From an uncultured bacterium (lineage in GTDB: Bacteria > Bacteroidota > Ignavibacteria > OLB7), in the NCBI GenBank assembly GCA_966250335.1, contig CBINGZ010000009.1:54120-118119 (forward strand): DNA of 64,000 nucleotides, in the 5' to 3' direction. The notes below the pieces were generated by a model. That model ran no database searches, was not told the origin of the DNA, and was given only the letters and a program-made list of their open reading frames with translations. Positions 60,627 through 64,000 of the stretch are shown in pieces. The first letter of the stretch is position 1. Each line of letters begins with the position of its first letter. Made by a program: the position numbers and the translations under genes.

Positions 60627-62390
60627 CTATCGCTGGCGGATATGGAGCGGAAGGTGGAAGACCTCCCCCGATTCGGGGACCACACGTACCATGTAGAGAC
60701 CCGGGGCTTCGCCCTCCGCCTGCAGGGGAACCTCGGCCGTCCCCTCGACGTAGGTTTCCACGGGAGTCGAGATCCTTCTCCCAAGCATATCGTAAAGCGA
60801 AACTGTGAAGGTGCCGTGCCCGCTGATCGTCACGCGAGCTTCATCCGGTCCGGCCGGATTCGGAGTCACGGAGACGATATCCCCGGTTTCCGAAACATCG
60901 ATGCCCGATGTCGTCTGCATCCTGAACGTAGAGAAGACGGTGTCGCGTCCGATGCCGTCGGATGTGACCAGGACGGTCATTCCGTACACCCCTTCGAGGG
61001 TGGGATGGAACCGTGCAAGGTCGAGCGTCTTCTGCTCCAGCGGCGGCAGATTGAACGGAGTGGGATTGCTTCTGTAGAGCCTTGTGCCCGCCATGTCGGT
61101 GATCGCCACCGATATCGTCACGAGGGATGCCAGCTCCTCGCCGCCGTTGTTCACCGTCACCCTGATCGGAACGCCCTCCTTCAGCAGATGGATGCTTTTA
61201 TCGGCAGGGCTGTAGGAGAGCTCCCCCTCGGTGACCAGCCGCACGTAAAAGCCTCTGCCGCTGTCTTCGACCACCCGGTAGGTCCAGGTGGTGCTGTCGA
61301 ACGGCACGGCGCGATGGAACAGACGGTAAGTGATGCGATACGTTCCGGTATCCTGCTGAGTGATGTTGCTGACCCCTATCCGAACGGTCGGCTGCGCTTC
61401 GATCTTGTGGGTGTTGATCTGCCAGGAGCCGACCCGGGTTCCGGCGGAGTTGACGATCTCGGCGACGAGTGACGTGCCCGGCATATCGGCAAGGGCGTTC
61501 GGGTTCCGAATCCCGGCGATGACGGAATATTCGACCCCCTTGCGCTGAAGGGAGCCGGCCCACGGCACTGCCGTGGTGTCGCCCGGTTCGACAAGTCGTA
61601 TATCGATATTCGACGGTTTCGTGTAGTTCACGCCGAAGCATCCGCTGAGGGTATCCGACAGTTCGGGTATGCTGAGATTGATCCTGAAGCACTTCGAGTA
61701 GCCGCTTAAATCTCGCAGCTGGATATGCGGAAGAATCACCTCCCGGGTGGCTCCCGGCTCCATATTCGTCGAGACGTGGGACATAGAGGACTCGAACCGT
61801 CCGTCGTTTCTATATATCGCCAGGTTGACGGTGGCGTTGGGGACCGTGACGTTCCGTTCGTTGGTGATCCAGAGGCGTACCGGAATCGAGTCCTCGCTCC
61901 CGTATGTCGTGCCGCCGACCGGGGTGAAGTCCTGCTTTTTCGACTTCGTGAAGAGAACCTTCCCCTTGATGTCGGCCGTCGTTCTGAACGTCCAGCCCAG
62001 GGAATCGTATGAGCCGTCCATCTCGCTTGCGATGATCAGTTCGACCCGGTGCAGCCCCGTATCGGTCGGCGTAAAGGCCAGTTGCGACTGGATCTGCTTC
62101 TCATCCCAGGCGCCCGTGAGCGGAATCGTCGTCTCATATTTACTGATCTCTCCATGATAGACGCGGGCCGTCATGGTATAGTCCTCCGCCGCATCGATCG
62201 CCTTCTTGCTCATGTGCGTTCCGATAAAGAAGGGGATGCCGACCCCATAGAGCGCTCCGGGGACCGGGCTCTGCCACAGCTCGGGGCGCATGACGATACG
62301 GGGCGTCCGGGCCCCGGCATGAGCCGTGGCGGCGATAAAGAGGAGGAGCAGCAGACCGAGGCGAATGGTAGGGAGTAGGATCTTTTTCAT
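60627..62390 (-). CDS. Secreted multi-domain (CARDB/Ig-like) protein with T9SS C-terminal sorting domain
   Basis: Signal peptide MKKILLPTIRLGLLLLLFIAATAHA. Repeated beta-rich modules (e.g. VTVPNATVNLAIYRNDG...EPGATREVIL). CTD VTPNPAGPDEARVTISGHGTFTVSLYDMLGRRIS...PGLYMVRVVPESGEVFHLPLHIRQR. Confidence 0.8.
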   Translation of the reverse strand: MKKILLPTIRLGLLLLLFIAATAHAGARTPRIVMRPELWQSPVPGALYGVGIPFFIGTHMSKKAIDAAEDYTMTARVYHGEISKYETTIPLTGAWDEKQIQSQLAFTPTDTGLHRVELIIASEMDGSYDSLGWTFRTTADIKGKVLFTKSKKQDFTPVGGTTYGSEDSIPVRLWITNERNVTVPNATVNLAIYRNDGRFESSMSHVSTNMEPGATREVILPHIQLRDLSGYSKCFRINLSIPELSDTLSGCFGVNYTKPSNIDIRLVEPGDTTAVPWAGSLQRKGVEYSVIAGIRNPNALADMPGTSLVAEIVNSAGTRVGSWQINTHKIEAQPTVRIGVSNITQQDTGTYRITYRLFHRAVPFDSTTWTYRVVEDSGRGFYVRLVTEGELSYSPADKSIHLLKEGVPIRVTVNNGGEELASLVTISVAITDMAGTRLYRSNPTPFNLPPLEQKTLDLARFHPTLEGVYGMTVLVTSDGIGRDTVFSTFRMQTTSGIDVSETGDIVSVTPNPAGPDEARVTISGHGTFTVSLYDMLGRRISTPVETYVEGTAEVPLQAEGEAPGLYMVRVVPESGEVFHLPLHIRQR

Positions 62391-62896
62391 AATAACCTGC
62401 TGAAATGTTGCAGAGTAGAGAGAGGAATGATCGAGAGAGGTTTTGCCCGTTCCCCTGAAATCGGGTTATCGGGCCGCGCCAGCCCCTCGACACGCACGGG
62501 AACCCGCGTCCGGGCATCGACATCTACGGAGACCGGTTCCGCTGCCTGTCTGCCAAGAATATCGTGGAGAGATATCGTGAAGTGTCCATCTTTTCCGATC
62601 TCCACGGTCATCCGGTCGTCATCGATCACAGGGTTCGGAGACACGAGGGCAACCGGCTCCATATCCGAGTATGCATCGGTCGACAAGATTGAAGTCTCGA
62701 TCCTGAATTCCGATTCGAGGAGTTCCTGACCCGGCGCCGCGGCGTTCGCCGTCGGTTTCGACCAGACCTCCGGGCGCATTACCATTACCACCGTGGACGA
62801 CTGCGCGTGCGCGGCGAATGCAATGAAGAGGAACTGAAGAAATGAGAGGAGAATTGCAGAGCGTCGCATTCTTACCATAAGATAATTATTGAACAT
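62387..62896 (-). CDS. Mini T9SS-CTD protein (signal peptide + short linker + CTD-like domain)
   Basis: MRRSAILLSFLQFLFIAFAAHAQ signal, then VVMVMRPEVWSKP (matching RIVMRPELWQSP of the downstream gene) and VSPNPVIDDDRMTVEIGKDGHFTISLHDILGRQAAEP (CTD-like). ATGA overlap with the next gene. The start is 62896, 62878 or 62869. The last ~30 aa look atypical for a CTD. Confidence 0.6.
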   Translation of the reverse strand: MFNNYLMVRMRRSAILLSFLQFLFIAFAAHAQSSTVVMVMRPEVWSKPTANAAAPGQELLESEFRIETSILSTDAYSDMEPVALVSPNPVIDDDRMTVEIGKDGHFTISLHDILGRQAAEPVSVDVDARTRVPVRVEGLARPDNPISGERAKPLSIIPLSTLQHFSRLL

Positions 62897-63290
62897 GATA
62901 CGATATATCTATGCTGGAAGCGGCTTGCCGACATCCGGACGATGAAGGATGGAATCAGTCCCCGCGAACAACCTCCTAACCCGTTTCGGGGATAGTTTGT
63001 TAGCGAACGTCCGGGCCCGGTGGCCTGGGGACCCATCCGAAAAACATCTTGTATGTATCGCGAATGTCCCCTACATTGACGGCCGTTCGTGTCACTCTAC
63101 GCGATAGAATAATCGGTCAGGAATGACCAACGGGGGGATCATGCCACGACTCGTTGTTCCCGCTTTCGCCGCAGTTTCGTTTTCAAGCCGCCATCTCCGT
63201 CACGGAATCCCCGGTTCACAGCAGTAACGCAGAGACGTACGTCCGCATCCCCTTATCCGGTAACGTTTCATTCAATGGAAGGGCCGGTCA

Positions 63291-64000
63291 ATGATTCCTT
63301 TCTTCCACCTTCGCGGGTATCCGGGCGTCGATCCGCTCGACCATGTGTCGCAGACCGTCCGGACCGTCGTTCCCATCGTCGTCACCGCCGTCATCAGCAC
63401 GGCGCTCGTCTACGCGCTCGATCCGGGGCTCCGTCTTGTGCAGTTCGTCTCGATCTGGATGATGATTGCGGAAGTCGTGGGGTACTCGCTCTTCGTCGGG
63501 TTCGTTTCGGTGTCGATACGGAAATCGAGCTCGATCGTGCAGTCGGTGCTCATCCTGATTCCGATATTTCTCCTGGAGTTTTATCTGCAGTCGCATGTAC
63601 GTGAGGAAGGAGGGAACGCGCTCTGGGTCTACTACCCCGGAACGTTTATCGATGCGATACGATTTCTTCCGCTTCGATTCTTCCTCACGATCGGGTTCGA
63701 CGCCGTGCTGATCGGCCCGGGATGTCTCTGGCTGAGCCGGTTGCTCGTCACGATGTTCCGTACCGGGGAAGAGAACAAGGAGTGGGAGCTTGCGCGGAAG
63801 AAGCTGGAAACGCCCGTTCCGTCGGCTCCGGAATGGGGGGATGAAATCGTGCCGAAGCCCGCGCGAAGCCGGCAGTTCCGGGTTCTGAGACTTCTGGGGA
63901 TCGGCTATCTCATCTATCTCCTCTTCCTCTTCGTCGGAGCGTTCGGCGCCTCGTCGTGGCCGGAACAGGTCCGCAATCTGTTCGATACCGTCTTCGCCAA
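63291..64000 (+). CDS. Hypothetical multi-pass membrane protein, 5' part (runs off right edge)
   Basis: From ATG 63291 the frame is open to the window end: MIPFFHLRGYPGVDPLDHVSQTVRTVVPIVVTAVISTALVYALDPGLRLVQFVSIWMMIAEVVGYSLFVGFVSV...LILIPIFLLEFYL...FFLTIGFDAVLIGPGCLWLSRLLV...VLRLLGIGYLIYLLFLFVGAFG. Several hydrophobic helices. Not in the ORF track because it lacks a stop. Confidence 0.6.
   Translation, partial: MIPFFHLRGYPGVDPLDHVSQTVRTVVPIVVTAVISTALVYALDPGLRLVQFVSIWMMIAEVVGYSLFVGFVSVSIRKSSSIVQSVLILIPIFLLEFYLQSHVREEGGNALWVYYPGTFIDAIRFLPLRFFLTIGFDAVLIGPGCLWLSRLLVTMFRTGEENKEWELARKKLETPVPSAPEWGDEIVPKPARSRQFRVLRLLGIGYLIYLLFLFVGAFGASSWPEQVRNLFDTVFA

Noticed and set aside
63275-63604. Track ORFs 63275-63604 (+) and 63288-63596 (-)
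   Set aside because: A third frame starting at ATG 63291 stays open to the window end and encodes clear hydrophobic helices. The two listed ORFs are Arg/Asp/His-rich overlaps of it.
1-64000. Scan for CRISPR arrays, IS elements, integrases, rRNA/tRNA genes
   Set aside because: No direct-repeat/spacer periodicity, transposase/integrase motifs, terminal inverted repeats or cloverleaf-compatible sequences were noticed. Absence by eye is not proof; tRNAscan-SE, Infernal and ISEScan would be decisive.

Overview
High-GC, densely coding bacterial chromosomal segment. About 50 credible genes; no rRNA, tRNA, CRISPR array, transposase or integrase was recognised by eye. At least five ORFs end in type IX secretion (T9SS) C-terminal sorting domains, so the host is probably a member of the FCB group (Bacteroidota, Rhodothermota or Gemmatimonadota-like); this is an inference. 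Left third (1-20.3 kb): housekeeping and envelope genes (rlpA, manC, alr, folP, SpoIID-like, small PBP-like, rluB, ribE, DoxX, a GAF-4xPAS sensor and others), several joined by 4-8 bp stop/start overlaps. 20.5-28.5 kb: an actinobacterial-style Ser/Thr kinase, PP2C, two FHA proteins, a class B PBP and a SEDS protein, all on one strand. 28.6-41.5 kb and 55.6-62.9 kb: accessory-looking regions with T9SS cargo (S8 peptidase, a 5-module FN3-like protein, CARDB-like proteins, a decayed FG-GAP gene), a tail-fibre-like repeat protein, and two diverged paralogous ~1100-aa P-loop NTPases that end in a complete SARP (winged-helix + BTAD) module. I rank that architecture as the most unusual thing here. 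41.6-49.0 kb: a complete argC-argJ-argB-argF-argR-argG-argH cluster with ARG-box-like repeats upstream. 49.0-55.5 kb: a DUF4157-headed polymorphic-toxin-like gene with a small downstream ORF, DUF1697, an outer-membrane beta-barrel protein and a 2H-phosphoesterase/NUDIX fusion. The high GC content produces many long antisense shadow ORFs in the supplied track, and these were rejected. All calls rest on motif recognition by eye. No searches or statistics were run, and start codons are often uncertain.
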